Counted from the stretch's first letter, positions 26,541 through 37,648 are shown. The stretch is DNA of 64,000 bases from an uncultured Acidobacteriota bacterium (GCA_963827655.1 CAWHCF010000022.1:1-64000), one strand, 5' to 3'. Notes: a model not told the origin generated them from the letters alone. Program-made: numbers and translations.

Positions 26541-28646
26541 ATGACTGCAGCGACTGGGGTGCTGGTTCGGCCGGGCGTCGCCGGCGGGCCTGGGCCGGGC
26601 GGTGGGCGCGGCGGTGGCGGCGGTGCTGGTCGACGGCGTCGATCGGCCAGGCGGTGCGGGTGCTCGACCAGCCGGCGGCGCGTCCGCCGGCGGCGGTCCC
26701 AGCGGCCGGGGCCGTGGCGGACTCGCTCGGTGGGCTGCCGATGGCGTGGGTCGCCAACACCGGCCAGACCGACGCCGAGGTCCGTTACCTGGCCCAGGGC
26801 CTGGGCTACGCCACGTTCCTCACCGACACCGAAGCCGTTGTTCGGCTCGACGACGCCGTGGTGCGCCTCGGGTTCGAGGGGGCGTCGACCGCACCGACGC
26901 TGCGGACTGCGGAACCCCTCGCCGCCACCGTGTCCAGCTTCACGGGCTCCGACCGAGCCGCGTGGCAGTCGGCCGCCCCGACGGCGGAGGTCGTCCGGTA
27001 CGAGGACCTGTGGCCCGGCATCGACGCGACGTTCCGCGGCACAGGCACGCACCTCGAGTGGGACTACCACGTCGCCGCCGGCGCCGATCCCTCGACTGCG
27101 CGGGATCACCGTTGCCGGCGGCCGACCACATCTCCATCGATGGCGACCGCGCGACCCTCGCCAGCGGCGGGCGGCGAGCTGACGCTGACGATCCCCGCCG
27201 TGTGGCAGACGCTGCCGGGACGGCACCCGAGTCGACCGGCATGCGAGTTGGGTCCTCGATGGCGACACGCTGCCGCGTCGTCCCTGAGGACTGGGACCCA
27301 CGCCTTCCCGGCGTCATCGACCCGACCCTCGACTGGTCCACCTACCTCGGCGGCGGCCCCGGTGGCGAACGGCGACGACCGGGGCTGCCGCCATCGCGAT
27401 CGACGCCGGAGGGAACGCGTACGTGACCGGAAGCACGGAGTCGGTCGACTTCCCGACCACCCCCGGCGCCTACGAACGCGACCTGGGCCTGTTGCGGGCG
27501 CGCTCGTCTTCGTCGCCAAGGTGGCGCCGGATGGCGGCTGCTGTACGCCACGCTGCTGGAGGGGACGGGGGTGGACACGCCTTCCGCTGGCACTCCGAGC
27601 ATCGCCGTGGACGCAGCGGGCAACGCCGTCGTCGCCGGGACGGCCCACAGCAACGCGTTCCCCACGACCTCGGGTGCGTACGACACGACCTACAACGGCG
27701 GCTTCACGACGCCTTCGCCACGAAGCTCGACCCCACTGGCAGTTACCTCGTGTACAGCACCCTGGTCGGCGGGAGCGCGTCAGACGCACGAGCGGTGTCG
27801 ACGTCGCGGTCGACGGCCTCGGGGCTGCGTACTTCACGGGCGAGACGTCGGACCACACAACGGACTACCCGACGACCCCAGGCGCATACCGAACGACCTT
27901 CACCTCGGTGGGATCCTACGGGTACGTCACGAAGCTGGACCCGGCAGGGGGCAGCCTCGCGTACAGCACCTACCTCGGCCCCAGCGACATGCGAGGCATC
28001 GCAGTCGACAGCGTCGGGAGCGCCTATGTCGTGGGCGACGTCGGCCCGGGCTACCCGACGACCCCCGGGGCGTTCGACACGACGCACAACGGCAACACGG
28101 ACAACGCCATCACCAAGATCGACCCGAGTGGGAGCAGCCTCGCCTACAGCACCTACGTGGGCGGCGGCGGGTTCGACTCGGTTGAATCATCGCGGTCGAC
28201 GGTTCCGGCAACGCGTACATCACCGGGGACTCGTTCGATGTGGCCAGCGACTACCCGACCACGCCGGGCGCCTTCGACACGACGCACAACGGGTCCTACG
28301 ACGTCTACATCACACAGCTGAACGCGGCCGAACCGCGCCGGGTACAGCAGCTTCCTCGGCGGGTCAGGCGTAGATTCCGCCGGTGACGTGTCCGTGGACG
28401 GCGACGGCGTCGTGTTCGTCAGTGGCTATGCCGACGATGCGGTCGCCGACTATCCGACGACCCTCGGGGCCTTCGACACCAGCCCGAGCGGCACCGACGC
28501 GTTCGTGACCGCCCTCGATCCGACCGGTGCCTCGCTCGCCTACAGCACGTTGCTGGGTGGTGATGGATCGATCGGTGCCCACGGATCGCGCTGGACGATA
28601 CCGGCCGGGCGGTGGTCACGGGCTCCACCTTCGATGCTGCCGTCGA
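26541..28646 (+). CDS. SBBP-repeat beta-propeller surface protein (frameshifted; truncated at the junction)
   Basis: ANTGQTDAEVRY, YEDLWPGID, VIDPTLDWSTYLGG, repeated IAVDxxGNAYVTG / FPTTPGAFDTT / VTKLDPTGSSLAYSTYLG. Confidence 0.85.
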
Positions 28647-28735
28647 ATCTCGATAAGCTTTACCTTGCCGTCACGACTGCCTTGGATAACATCGTCGAAG
28701 CCGCGGGACTTCAGGGGCTGCGTGAGAGGTTGCCG

Positions 28736-31700
28736 ATGAAAATTCTGGCTTCTGAACTCTTAATCAATCGATCTAAATCGATTCAATCGTCAATCGTCAA
28801 TCGTTAATCAATCGTCAATCGTAAATCGTCAATCGTAAATTCCGTCCTGGTGTTCCTTCTTCTGCCCGGCATTGCACTTTCACGGAGCGACAACCAACGG
28901 GGAAGCGACCGGGTATTCGTCTGCGGCACCAGCGCCGAGCGCGAGGTCGACGCCCTGGCCCGGGGACTTTATTATGAGAGCCGGAACCGGGGACGCGTTT
29001 TCGCCGCACCCGCATGAAGGCGCATTCAGGCCGACCTGGGTGATGTTGCGGTGGTCGAAGACGACGGGACCGTTATTTCGCAGACGAATCTTTTCGACCT
29101 CGAAGCGCGCTCGTTCCGTTTTGAACCTACGGGCGCGAGCACGTACCGTGTCGTGTCCATCAATCGAGCCTTCGATTCCCCGAGTGGAAATCCCATCGAG
29201 CTTGGCGACGACGATTCCCGGCCCGTCAGCCTGGGTTTCAACTTCGTCTTTTATGGCGCAAGTTATTCATCGGTGCATGTGAATTCGGATGGCAACCTTA
29301 CCTTTACTTCTCCAGACACAACAAGCTCACCGCGCGACCTGGGACGATTCTCCGGCGGTCCCCCGCGCATCGGTCCCTTCTTTTGGATCTGGATCCCACC
29401 AATCGCGGCGTCAACGTGAGAAACGAGGCCGACGGAATTCTCTTCATCTGGAGCAGCGTTCCCAACTGGCAGACCAACAATTCAAACAGTTTCAGCGTGA
29501 AGCTCTTCCTCAACGGGAACATTGAATTCGTGTACGACGCGAGAGTGGATGGCCGCAGCGCCGTGGTCGGGATTTCTCCCGGTTTCAATCAAGGAGGGCT
29601 TAATGCGCTGAATTTCTCTTCGGATCTCCCTACCGGCAGCCTGGCAGGCACGGTCGTGGAGGTCTTTTCGAGCGACTCAGGCCTATCAGAAACCGCGCTG
29701 GCGCGGCTGTTTTTTCAAACCCATCCAGATACCTTCGATCACCTCATCGTTTTTCTCGCCTTCGATTTCAGCCTCGGCGGCGCATACGCGTACGAGATCA
29801 ACGTGAGAAATGAAATCGGAGGCATCGGCCTGGGACAGATCGACAATAGCTCCTTTTACGGGAGCAACGGACGGCTGCGCAGCTTCGTCATGATGGGCGG
29901 GCTGGACCGTCCCGGCCGGTTTCCGGCCGATCCGAACCAGGTATACCTGGGGAGCAACAGCACGCTTGGCATCCTGGGTCAAGAGGCGGGACATCGGTGG
30001 CTCGCTTTTGCCGGTTTCCAGGAAGGAGCGGCCAACTCGAGGGCAATCCTGGGACGGCAATCGGCGCACTGGAGCTTCTTCTTTGACTCCGATGCTTCCG
30101 TCATGGAAGGAACCGACATTGAAGACCGCGGAGCCGACAGAGGCAACTCACGCTTTGCCACCGTAGCGGCCACAAGCACCTATAGCCAGCTCGATCGGTA
30201 CATCATGGGGTTGGCAGGTAAAGACGAGGTGCCTGAGATGTTCGTAGTCATGAATCCCACCGGAACCAGCCGTTCCCCGACGAGCGCTCCCGAGGTGGGA
30301 GTGGCTTTTGGCGGCACGCGAAAAGAAATAAGCATCGATAGCATTATTGCCGCCAACGGGCACCGCACACCCTCGGTCCTGCAGTCTCCGAAGGTTGTCC
30401 GGCAGGCATTCATTCTTTTGACCAGGAAAGGGACTCCTGCCACCAGCGAACAGATCGCCAAGGTCCAGACCATACGCGATGCGTGGGTTTCTTTCTTCAA
30501 CCGGCAGACTGGCGGGCGAGGCTGGGTGGATACCAGTCTTCAAACGTCGCCGGGAACAACGCCGGCCGAGCTTTACTTTCCTCACTTTCAAGGCGACCGT
30601 AGCCACTTCACCGGCGTCGCGCTTGCAAACTGGGGCTCAATCGCGGCAGATGTACAGCTCACCGCGTTTGACAATTCCGGAAACCAGACTGGAGGTTCTG
30701 CCGTTAACCCCCGGGTGGTCACGCTGGGTCCGGGTCAGCACTTGGATATGCTGGGCGAGCAAATTCACGGACTGTCGCTTGACGATGTCCGCAATGGCTG
30801 GATCCAGGCGCGGTCGAGCAGCAGCCAGGTCACCGGTTTATTCCTGGAGGGCGACGTAGACTCGAGCCTGCTCGATGGCGCGGTGGTGGGGGGGCGGACC
30901 CATACGGAGTTCTATTTCACACGCATTCAGAGCGGACTCGAAGCTTCTTTTTACCGCAACACGCTCGAGGTCATCAATCCGGGCGCCTCGATCGCCGCTC
31001 TTGAATTCACCCTCTTTGATGAATTCGGCATGGTCAGCGCTGTCGCGCGCCGCACGCTCAACCCGCGCGGGCGACTGGCAGAGGAATTTACGAGTCTTTT
31101 CTCGAGCGCGCCGGGACCCGGCGGCTACATCAGGGTGACGAGCGACGCCGGCGTTGTAGGCTATCAATCCATTCGAGGAGGCTCGGCTGTTTTTGCCCTT
31201 CCAGGACAGGCCGCGTCCAGCGGCACGCGTCTGTACTCCGCTCAGTTTGCTTCAGGAGGGACGGGTACGTTCCAATACTTCACGGACTTGAATCTCATCA
31301 ACACAGGCACGCAGACGCGATCCGTAGAGATTACTCTCGTGGCCAATAACGGCACGCCTGTGGCCGGCACCAGGAATCCCCTGACCTTGACCCTCGCCCC
31401 GGGAAGGCAGATCCGTTCGCGGGGCGATCTCCTATTCGGACTGGCCGACGCGGTCTCGACGCGAACACTTACCGAAGGATCGATTGTGGTCAAATCCGAC
31501 GGACCGGGAGTCATCGGCGACTCGCTTTTTGGTGATCCGCTCGGCGAAGCTTTTCTGGCCGCCCTTCCGCTCGAGACCGAAGGCGCGTCTGATTTGGTCT
31601 TCTCCCAGGTGGTCCAGGGAAGCTCGGATGGGGGAGGGAGACCCTATTTCACCGGCGTGGCTCTTTACAATCCGAATAGTCATGACGTTCGGGTTACTCT

Positions 31701-31926
31701 GGATGTCATTGATCAGAACGGGACGAAAAGAGGTTCCGCGGCTGTGGATCTGGGGGCCGGAGAGCGCGTGTCGCGGACGTTACCTCAGTTGATAACTGAC
31801 ATCGGCGGTCAGATTCGAGGCTACATGCGCATCACTGCTTCGGGTCCGATTGTGGCCGGTGAACTGGTCGGTGACCAGATGCTTCAGTTTCTGACTGCCG
31901 TTCGCCCCCAGCGCATCTCTCAGTAG
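28736..31926 (+). CDS. Large secreted protein: NIDO-like N-region, metallopeptidase-like core (QEAGH), repeated C-terminal beta-sandwich modules; interrupted
   Basis: ATG 28736 with GAGAGG RBS is in frame with the signal segment VLVFLLLPGIALS and ORF 29051..29419; in-frame stops at 28805 and 29015 and a frameshift near 29385 into the 847-aa ORF. Confidence 0.7.
28762..28840 (+). repeat. Degenerate (AATCGTC)n heptamer tract
   Basis: Tandem AATCGTC/AATCGTA units. Confidence 0.9.
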
Positions 31927-32024
31927 CGCTTGGATAACAATCTCGTTGGGTCGTCGCTCTAGCTCCGTTCTTTGTCTTTCCGCCTTCGTGGTTGTGTTAT
32001 TCTAGCCGATAGCTTGTGTGAGGT

Positions 32025-33473
32025 TTGTTTTTGATTACATCCAGCGACAGAGCGGCAACTCGATCGACGGCAGAACTCGAGTTGTCGTCTGAAACGATGC
32101 ACTCTCTGGTCGACCAGGCCATGGAGCGGATCGCGGCTTACATAGAATCACTCCCCTGGCAACCCGCCTCCGATGTAAGCGGGGCGAGGGAGCTGACCCA
32201 GTCGTTGGTAGAAGAAGCTCCCAGGCGCGGCACTCCTTTCCCCGTTTTGCTCGACTTGCTTTTCGAGAAGGTATTTCCCAAAAGTTTCAATACCGCCGGG
32301 CCTGGATATCTGGCTTACATTCCCGGCGGAGGAATCTTTCACTCCGCCGTGGCCGACCTGATCTCCGATTCTGTCAATCGCTACCCGGGGGTGTGGATCG
32401 CGGCGCCCGGGGTGTCGCAACTGGAGGCCAATGTGGTTCGCTGGTTTTGCGACTTCGTGGGTTACCCGCGTGAAGCCCGCGGGATACTCACTACGGGAGG
32501 CTCAATGGCGAACTTCACGGCCGTAGTTACGGCTCGTAGAACTCGCCTCCCGGCGAACTTCCTGACCGGAGTTCTGTACGGCTCGGATCAGGTGCACTAT
32601 TCGATGGCGAAAGCAGCCGTGATGGCCGGTTTTCCTGAAGAGAACTTCCATGAGATTCCCTCGGACGAGCGATTTCGCGTCCGCACCGACCTTCTCGTCC
32701 AGACTATCGATCGCGATCGCGACCGGGGTCTTTCACCTTTCATGATTGTAGGGAACGCCGGCACTGTAAACACGGGCGCCGTGGATGATCTCGAAGCTCT
32801 GGCCGAGATCGCGGCCGAAAAGAATCTCTGGTTTCACGTTGACGCCGCCTACGGCGGCTTTTTCGTGCTCACGGAGCGCGGCCGGACCGCTCTGCGTGGT
32901 ATGGAGCGCGCCGATTCCGTTACACTGGATCCCCACAAGGCCCTTTTCTTGCCCTACGGGACGGGCGCCCTTCTGGTCCGGGAGGGTGAATGTCTGAGGC
33001 AAGCCCACGCCGCCCATGCGCGTTACCTTCCCGCGATGCAGGATGATCCCGACCTGGTGGATTTTTGTCTCTATTCGCCGGAGCTATCCAGGGGGTTCCG
33101 CGGCTTGCGGGTCTGGCTCCCGTTCAAGATGCACGGCATAGAGCCTTTCCGCGAGAATCTTGATGAAAAACTGGATTTGATCCAGTGGGTGACGAGCGAA
33201 CTGCTCAAACTCCCTGAAATCGAGATTGTGGCCGCGCCCCAACTCACGATAGTCGCCTTCCGCCTGGTCCGTCCCGGGCTGAGCGAGGAGACGTTGAATG
33301 AGCTGAACCGCCGGCTTCTCCAGCATGTCAATGCGAAGAAGAGAGTTTATCTTTCAGGAACAACGCTGTTCAACCGATTCGTCTTGCGCGTCTGCGTCTT
33401 GTCCTTTCGAACTCACCTGGACCGGTTAGAGGCCGCTCTGGAAGATCTTCGAGAGTCGATCAAGGAAGTTTGA
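32025..33473 (+). CDS. Group II PLP-dependent (aromatic-L-amino-acid-like) decarboxylase
   Basis: YLAYIPGGG, TTGGSMAN, AGTVNTGAVDDL, FHVDAAYGG, DSVTLDPHK (PLP Lys). Confidence 0.93.
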   Translation: MFLITSSDRAATRSTAELELSSETMHSLVDQAMERIAAYIESLPWQPASDVSGARELTQSLVEEAPRRGTPFPVLLDLLFEKVFPKSFNTAGPGYLAYIPGGGIFHSAVADLISDSVNRYPGVWIAAPGVSQLEANVVRWFCDFVGYPREARGILTTGGSMANFTAVVTARRTRLPANFLTGVLYGSDQVHYSMAKAAVMAGFPEENFHEIPSDERFRVRTDLLVQTIDRDRDRGLSPFMIVGNAGTVNTGAVDDLEALAEIAAEKNLWFHVDAAYGGFFVLTERGRTALRGMERADSVTLDPHKALFLPYGTGALLVREGECLRQAHAAHARYLPAMQDDPDLVDFCLYSPELSRGFRGLRVWLPFKMHGIEPFRENLDEKLDLIQWVTSELLKLPEIEIVAAPQLTIVAFRLVRPGLSEETLNELNRRLLQHVNAKKRVYLSGTTLFNRFVLRVCVLSFRTHLDRLEAALEDLRESIKEV

Positions 33474-33476
33474 AAC

Positions 33477-33570
33477 TTCTTTGCGTCCTTTTGCCTCTTA
33501 GCGGGGGCTTGTTTTCACGCGCTTACCGCTGAGACACGAAGCCGCAAAGAAACGCTAAGAGCACTTCGGC
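33477..33570. repeat. Hairpin repeat, CTTCGTGTCTT/AAGACACGAAG family
   Basis: Inverted arms; AAAGAAACGCTAAGAGCACTTCGG nearly identical to the copy near 55585-55608. Confidence 0.7.
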
Positions 33571-33734
33571 TGCATTGAGGAATGCGAGGCCGATCGGGTA
33601 AGATTCACCGAACCCTCCCAGTCGCCCGACGAAGAGAGCCAGTAATCCGTGGCCGGCAAAGTAGATGCGGCAGTTTAGAAATTGGCACGATCTTTGCGTT
33701 GGGTCTGTGCGGAGCGGTGTTCTTTTGCTGTTGA

Positions 33735-34619
33735 ATGAGAGGACGTGGAAAGTGTCAGTCTTTATTGAAATGGCAGAACCTCGGCCTGGGTGCTCCGGCG
33801 AGTTTTTCACTTCCGGTGTTTTGTTGCTTTCTGTTCTTGCTGAGCGGAGATCTCAGCGCTCAAGACCCGGCCGCGGGTCTGCAGACTCCGGCTTCCGCAA
33901 TTCCAGCCGTTGAAACATTTTCGTTCAGTCCATTTGCTCCCAAAGAGAAATTCCACCTTCACCTGAGTGGAGCATACGGACCCGTTGCCGCGAAGCGGTC
34001 CCATTTCGTAGCGGGCACCAACGGCAGGGGACAGCTTGGCACTCAAGACCCGGCGGCGGCCTCGCCGAATAACGGTCCCGCAGTTCCGGTAACTCAATCA
34101 TTTTCGTTCAGTCCGCTTACCCCGCAACAGAAATTCGACTATTACATCCGTAAAACTTATGGACCTATTGCCATAGGGCGGTCGCTTTTCCTCGCCGGCA
34201 TCAATCAATGGCGGGATGACCCGACGGAATGGGGTCAGGGAATGGAAGGCTACGGCCGCCGATTGGCGTCCAAATTCGCTCATCATTCGATCAGGCGGAC
34301 TATTCAATTTGGGGCTGGGGTATGGCTGCACGAAGACCCTCGCTACTTCCCTTCCCAGCGAAAGGGATTCTGGCCGAGAGCGTCTTACGCGGTGGCGCAC
34401 GGCTTCATCACGCGTAAAGACGACGGCGGAAGCCGCCTGGCTTATTCGCGTCTTATGGGTGTGTTTGGAGGAGCCCTCATTTCGAGAACTTGGCAGCCGG
34501 AAGAAAGCCGAACCGTCAAGAATGGTCTCACCAATGGAGCCATTTCGCTAGGCTGGGATGTCGCCAACAAGATCTTTGAGGAATTCTGGCCCGACATCCG
34601 GAAACGACTGCGACGCTAG
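33735..34619 (+). CDS. Exported hypothetical protein (Acidobacteria-type) with N-terminal internal duplication
   Basis: Signal region; WGQGMEGYGRR, LHEDPRYFPS, FEEFWPDI motifs. Confidence 0.75.
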   Translation: MRGRGKCQSLLKWQNLGLGAPASFSLPVFCCFLFLLSGDLSAQDPAAGLQTPASAIPAVETFSFSPFAPKEKFHLHLSGAYGPVAAKRSHFVAGTNGRGQLGTQDPAAASPNNGPAVPVTQSFSFSPLTPQQKFDYYIRKTYGPIAIGRSLFLAGINQWRDDPTEWGQGMEGYGRRLASKFAHHSIRRTIQFGAGVWLHEDPRYFPSQRKGFWPRASYAVAHGFITRKDDGGSRLAYSRLMGVFGGALISRTWQPEESRTVKNGLTNGAISLGWDVANKIFEEFWPDIRKRLRR

Positions 34620-34718
34620 CCGGTCTTCCAACCTGCGAATTGGCCAAACTTCGGGCCCGGCCCGTGAGGACCTTGCGGGCGAGCCTCCTGCCTGTATGCG
34701 ATCAATCGTTGTTTGCCG

Positions 34719-34788
34719 AATCGTCAATCGTCAATCGTCAATCGTCAATCGTCAATCGTCAATCGTCAATCGTAAATCGTCAATCGAT
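34719..34788 (+). repeat. (AATCGTC)x10 heptamer tandem repeat
   Basis: Seven perfect units, then AATCGTA, AATCGTC, AATCGAT. Confidence 0.95.
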
Positions 34789-34817
34789 TGACCACGTAGC
34801 ACCTTTGGGCCTAAGAT
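34788..34817 (+). promoter_or_regulatory. Putative sigma70 promoter for mtnBDC
   Basis: TTGACC-N18-TAAGAT, 30 bp upstream of mtnB. Confidence 0.45.
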
Positions 34818-34847
34818 ACCGCTTGCTCACTCCGGAGCTCACGGGCC

Positions 34848-35552
34848 ATGGTAAAACCAGAGGGAGAAAGAATACTTCAAACCGAGCCGATACCCGGGCG
34901 GGACGAGCTCATAGACTTCGCCCAGGCTGCGACACTCCTGGCTGAACTGGGGCGGACCCTGTACAACCGTGGCTGGGTTCTCGGGACGAGCGGAAACCTC
35001 AGCGTCGTGCTGACCCAGAATCCGCTGCGCCTGGCCATTACTCCCACCGGCGCCGATAAGGCGCTGCTTAGCGCCGATCAGATTGTGCAGATCGATACCG
35101 CCGGCAAGACCGTTGTGGGGTCCGCGCGCCCTTCCGACGAGGCGGGACTTCACCTGACCGTGGTGAGGGTTCTCGGGGCAAAGGCTGTGCTGCACACCCA
35201 TTCGATCTGGAGCACGATTCTTTCAGAAGCCTACGCTGCTGAAGGCGCCCTTATCATCGAGGGGTACGAAATGCTGAAGGGGCTGAACGGTGTGCGCAGC
35301 CATCATCACCGGGAGCGGCTCCCCATCCTCGAAAACTCTCAGGACGTTCCAGCCCTGGCCCGTTCTGTTGAAACCATCCTCCGGGACCACCCCACCACGC
35401 ACGGCTATCTTCTGCGCGGTCACGGCCTCTATACCTGGGGAGAGGATTTGGCCCAGGCCAAGCGCCATCTGGAAATCCTCGAGTTCCTGCTGGAAGTGGA
35501 GGGCCGGAGGTATTGCGCCGCGGCTCGGGTCTCCAAACCGCCCAGTTCATAG
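34848..35552 (+). CDS. mtnB: Methylthioribulose-1-phosphate dehydratase
   Basis: GWVLGTSGNLS, PSDEAGLH, VLHTHS, GYEMLKGL, LLRGHGLYTWG. Confidence 0.93.
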   Translation: MVKPEGERILQTEPIPGRDELIDFAQAATLLAELGRTLYNRGWVLGTSGNLSVVLTQNPLRLAITPTGADKALLSADQIVQIDTAGKTVVGSARPSDEAGLHLTVVRVLGAKAVLHTHSIWSTILSEAYAAEGALIIEGYEMLKGLNGVRSHHHRERLPILENSQDVPALARSVETILRDHPTTHGYLLRGHGLYTWGEDLAQAKRHLEILEFLLEVEGRRYCAAARVSKPPSS

Positions 35553-35576
35553 CGCCCTCATCAGGGAGGTAATGAG

Positions 35577-36135
35577 ATGGCCATTGTAAAGACCTTCACG
35601 AATGCCGGCACTCTCCGGGATCCTGCGGCTATCACGCGTCATCTGGAAGCGATCGGGATCGATTACGAGCGATGGGAACCCGCGCATCCGGTGGCTGCGG
35701 ACGCCCCGGCGGAAGAGATTCTGCGTGCTTATACTCCTGAAATAGAACGGCTCAAAGCACGCGGCGGCTATGTGACGGCCGACGTGATTGACGTGAATCC
35801 CGGAACGCCGAATCTGGACCAGATGCTCGCGAAGTTCAATCGAGAGCACTGGCATGACGATGACGAAGTGCGCTTCATCATTGACGGGCGAGGGTTGTTT
35901 CACATTCACACTCATAACCAGGTGATCGCCATCGAAGTTGAACCGGGCGATTTGATCCGAGTCCCTCGCGGGACCTGGCACTGGTTCGATCTTTGTGGGG
36001 ATCGCCGCATTCGAGCCATTCGCCTGTTCCAGGATCCCGGCGGGGTGGGCTCCCCGTTATACCGATAGCGGCGTCAATCAGAAATACCAGCCCGTGTGCT
36101 TCGGGCCGGCCTACATGCCGCCTCCGGCTCCATGA
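35577..36135 (+). CDS. mtnD: Acireductone dioxygenase (frameshift near 36045)
   Basis: [43 protein letters not shown]. Confidence 0.93.
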
Positions 36136-36872
36136 GGTCTGAGCCAACCTCCACAGACACCCAGGTCCGATCGATCCTCCTGGACATCGAAGGCACTACC
36201 ACGCCGGTTGATTTCGTCTACAAAGTCCTCTTTCCTTACGCTCGAATGCGGGTCGAGGATTTCGTCCGTCGCAACTGGCGTTCTGAGGCTCTCTCGTCCG
36301 ATATCACGCGACTCGCCGAGGAGCACAGCGCAGACCTGCGCCGGGACTGCCAGCCGCCTGCCTGGCGCGAGGATCGAAAGGCTGATTCGGTTGTTGCCTA
36401 CGTTCATTGGTTGATGGACCAGGATCGAAAATCGACTGGATTGAAATCGATCCAGGGAAAGATCTGGCAGGCGGGTTATGAAACAGGAGAGTTGCGCGGC
36501 GAAGTTTTCCCGGATGTGCCGTCCGCTTTTGTCCGCTGGCGCGACCGGAACCGAACCATCTGCATTTTCTCCTCGGGCAGCGTTCTGGCTCAAAGACTGC
36601 TTTTTTCAAGTTCGACGGAAGGCGATCTGACGCCCTTCATCTGGAAGTACTTCGATACCACGACCGGGCCCAAGGCCGAACCCGAGAGTTACCGGAAGAT
36701 CGCGCTTGCGTGCGCCCGGTCTGCGGAAGAGATGCTGTTTGTATCGGATGTCGTTTCGGAGCTGGACGCTGCCCGGTCGGCCGGCTTGGAGACCGCCCTT
36801 TGTGTTCGAGGCGAGTCGCCGCCGCCTGCCGGCCCTCATCGGACTATTCGAAGTTTCGACGAGATCGCCTAG
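36132..36872 (+). CDS. mtnC: Enolase-phosphatase E1
   Basis: LLDIEGTTTPVDFV, DRKSTGLKSIQGKIW, FSSGSVLAQRLLF, LFVSDVVSELDAA. Confidence 0.93.
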   Translation: MRSEPTSTDTQVRSILLDIEGTTTPVDFVYKVLFPYARMRVEDFVRRNWRSEALSSDITRLAEEHSADLRRDCQPPAWREDRKADSVVAYVHWLMDQDRKSTGLKSIQGKIWQAGYETGELRGEVFPDVPSAFVRWRDRNRTICIFSSGSVLAQRLLFSSSTEGDLTPFIWKYFDTTTGPKAEPESYRKIALACARSAEEMLFVSDVVSELDAARSAGLETALCVRGESPPPAGPHRTIRSFDEIA

Positions 36873-36976
36873 CACGGCAATTCGCAGGTGACAGGCTCCA
36901 AATTGCGTGATTAAGAGAGACCAAAGACTGGTGTTTGGCCACGCAATTTGGTGCCTGTCACCGAATTTCGCGCGAT

Positions 36977-37648
36977 CTAGTGTTGTTTGACGAGACTCGA
37001 TTCAGACTCGAGCGGGACGACAAGCGGTCGATCGAGAACGATATTCAGGGTTGAACCAGGGCGAATCTCGAGATCGTGCCCGCGGGTAGCAAAGATCGTG
37101 GCAATTCCAATGACGGCGCCGACGCCGGTTCCTATTGCCGCGCCTTTGCCTCCTCCTGCCAGGGCGCCAATTCCGGCCCCGCCGGCTCCGGACTGAGCGA
37201 CACGTGCAGTATCTTTGCCCTTGGACCCATCCCCCTCGATGCTCCCCTCCGACTTGACGCTAACGTTCCCTTCCGCATCGATACTCACGAGAGAGGCTGC
37301 GAGCGGCAGTTCCCTTCTTCCCGGGATCCGTATGGAGTGAAACATGACGGTCATCATCGCCTTTCCGCGGAATCTACCGGGCCGGACGACGCGAGAGACA
37401 CTGGCGGTCACGACACTACCCTTGCGGAGGACCTCTCGATCTCCCTGGCTCAACGGGGCCGTCAGCGTGGCGGTGAAAGCATTCCCTTCACTGTTCTGCT
37501 TGGTGCTCAGATGATCGTTGAGATGCAGGGCAATTCGAGTTCCTTCCGGAAGCGTCACCTCGCCTGGCTTCTGAGCGATGGCCGGAGACCCGCTCAGGAG
37601 AAAGGCCAAGAGTGCGAGGGCGATAATCAATCTGGTAAACCGAATCAT
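36977..37648 (-). CDS. Exported hypothetical protein with glycine-zipper (TrbI/VirB10-like region)
   Basis: Signal peptide; LPEGTRIALHL; GAGIGALAGGGKGAAIGTGVGA. Confidence 0.7.
   Translation of the reverse strand: MIRFTRLIIALALLAFLLSGSPAIAQKPGEVTLPEGTRIALHLNDHLSTKQNSEGNAFTATLTAPLSQGDREVLRKGSVVTASVSRVVRPGRFRGKAMMTVMFHSIRIPGRRELPLAASLVSIDAEGNVSVKSEGSIEGDGSKGKDTARVAQSGAGGAGIGALAGGGKGAAIGTGVGAVIGIATIFATRGHDLEIRPGSTLNIVLDRPLVVPLESESSLVKQH

Noticed and set aside
28388-28807. 139-aa ORF as a single protein
   Set aside because: It spans the fragment junction and mixes the SBBP tail with unrelated sequence.
29015-29017. In-frame TGA as selenocysteine
   Set aside because: No redox motif context, no SECIS I could support, and the gene has other disruptions.
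34719-34788. CRISPR array or real ORFs encoding SIVNRQS repeats
   Set aside because: Simple 7-bp tandem repeat without spacers; the overlapping ORFs are translations of the repeat.
32025-36872. Decarboxylase plus mtnBDC as a dedicated biosynthetic cluster
   Set aside because: They are separated by an unrelated gene, repeats and a separate promoter; no SAM-dependent transferase is present.
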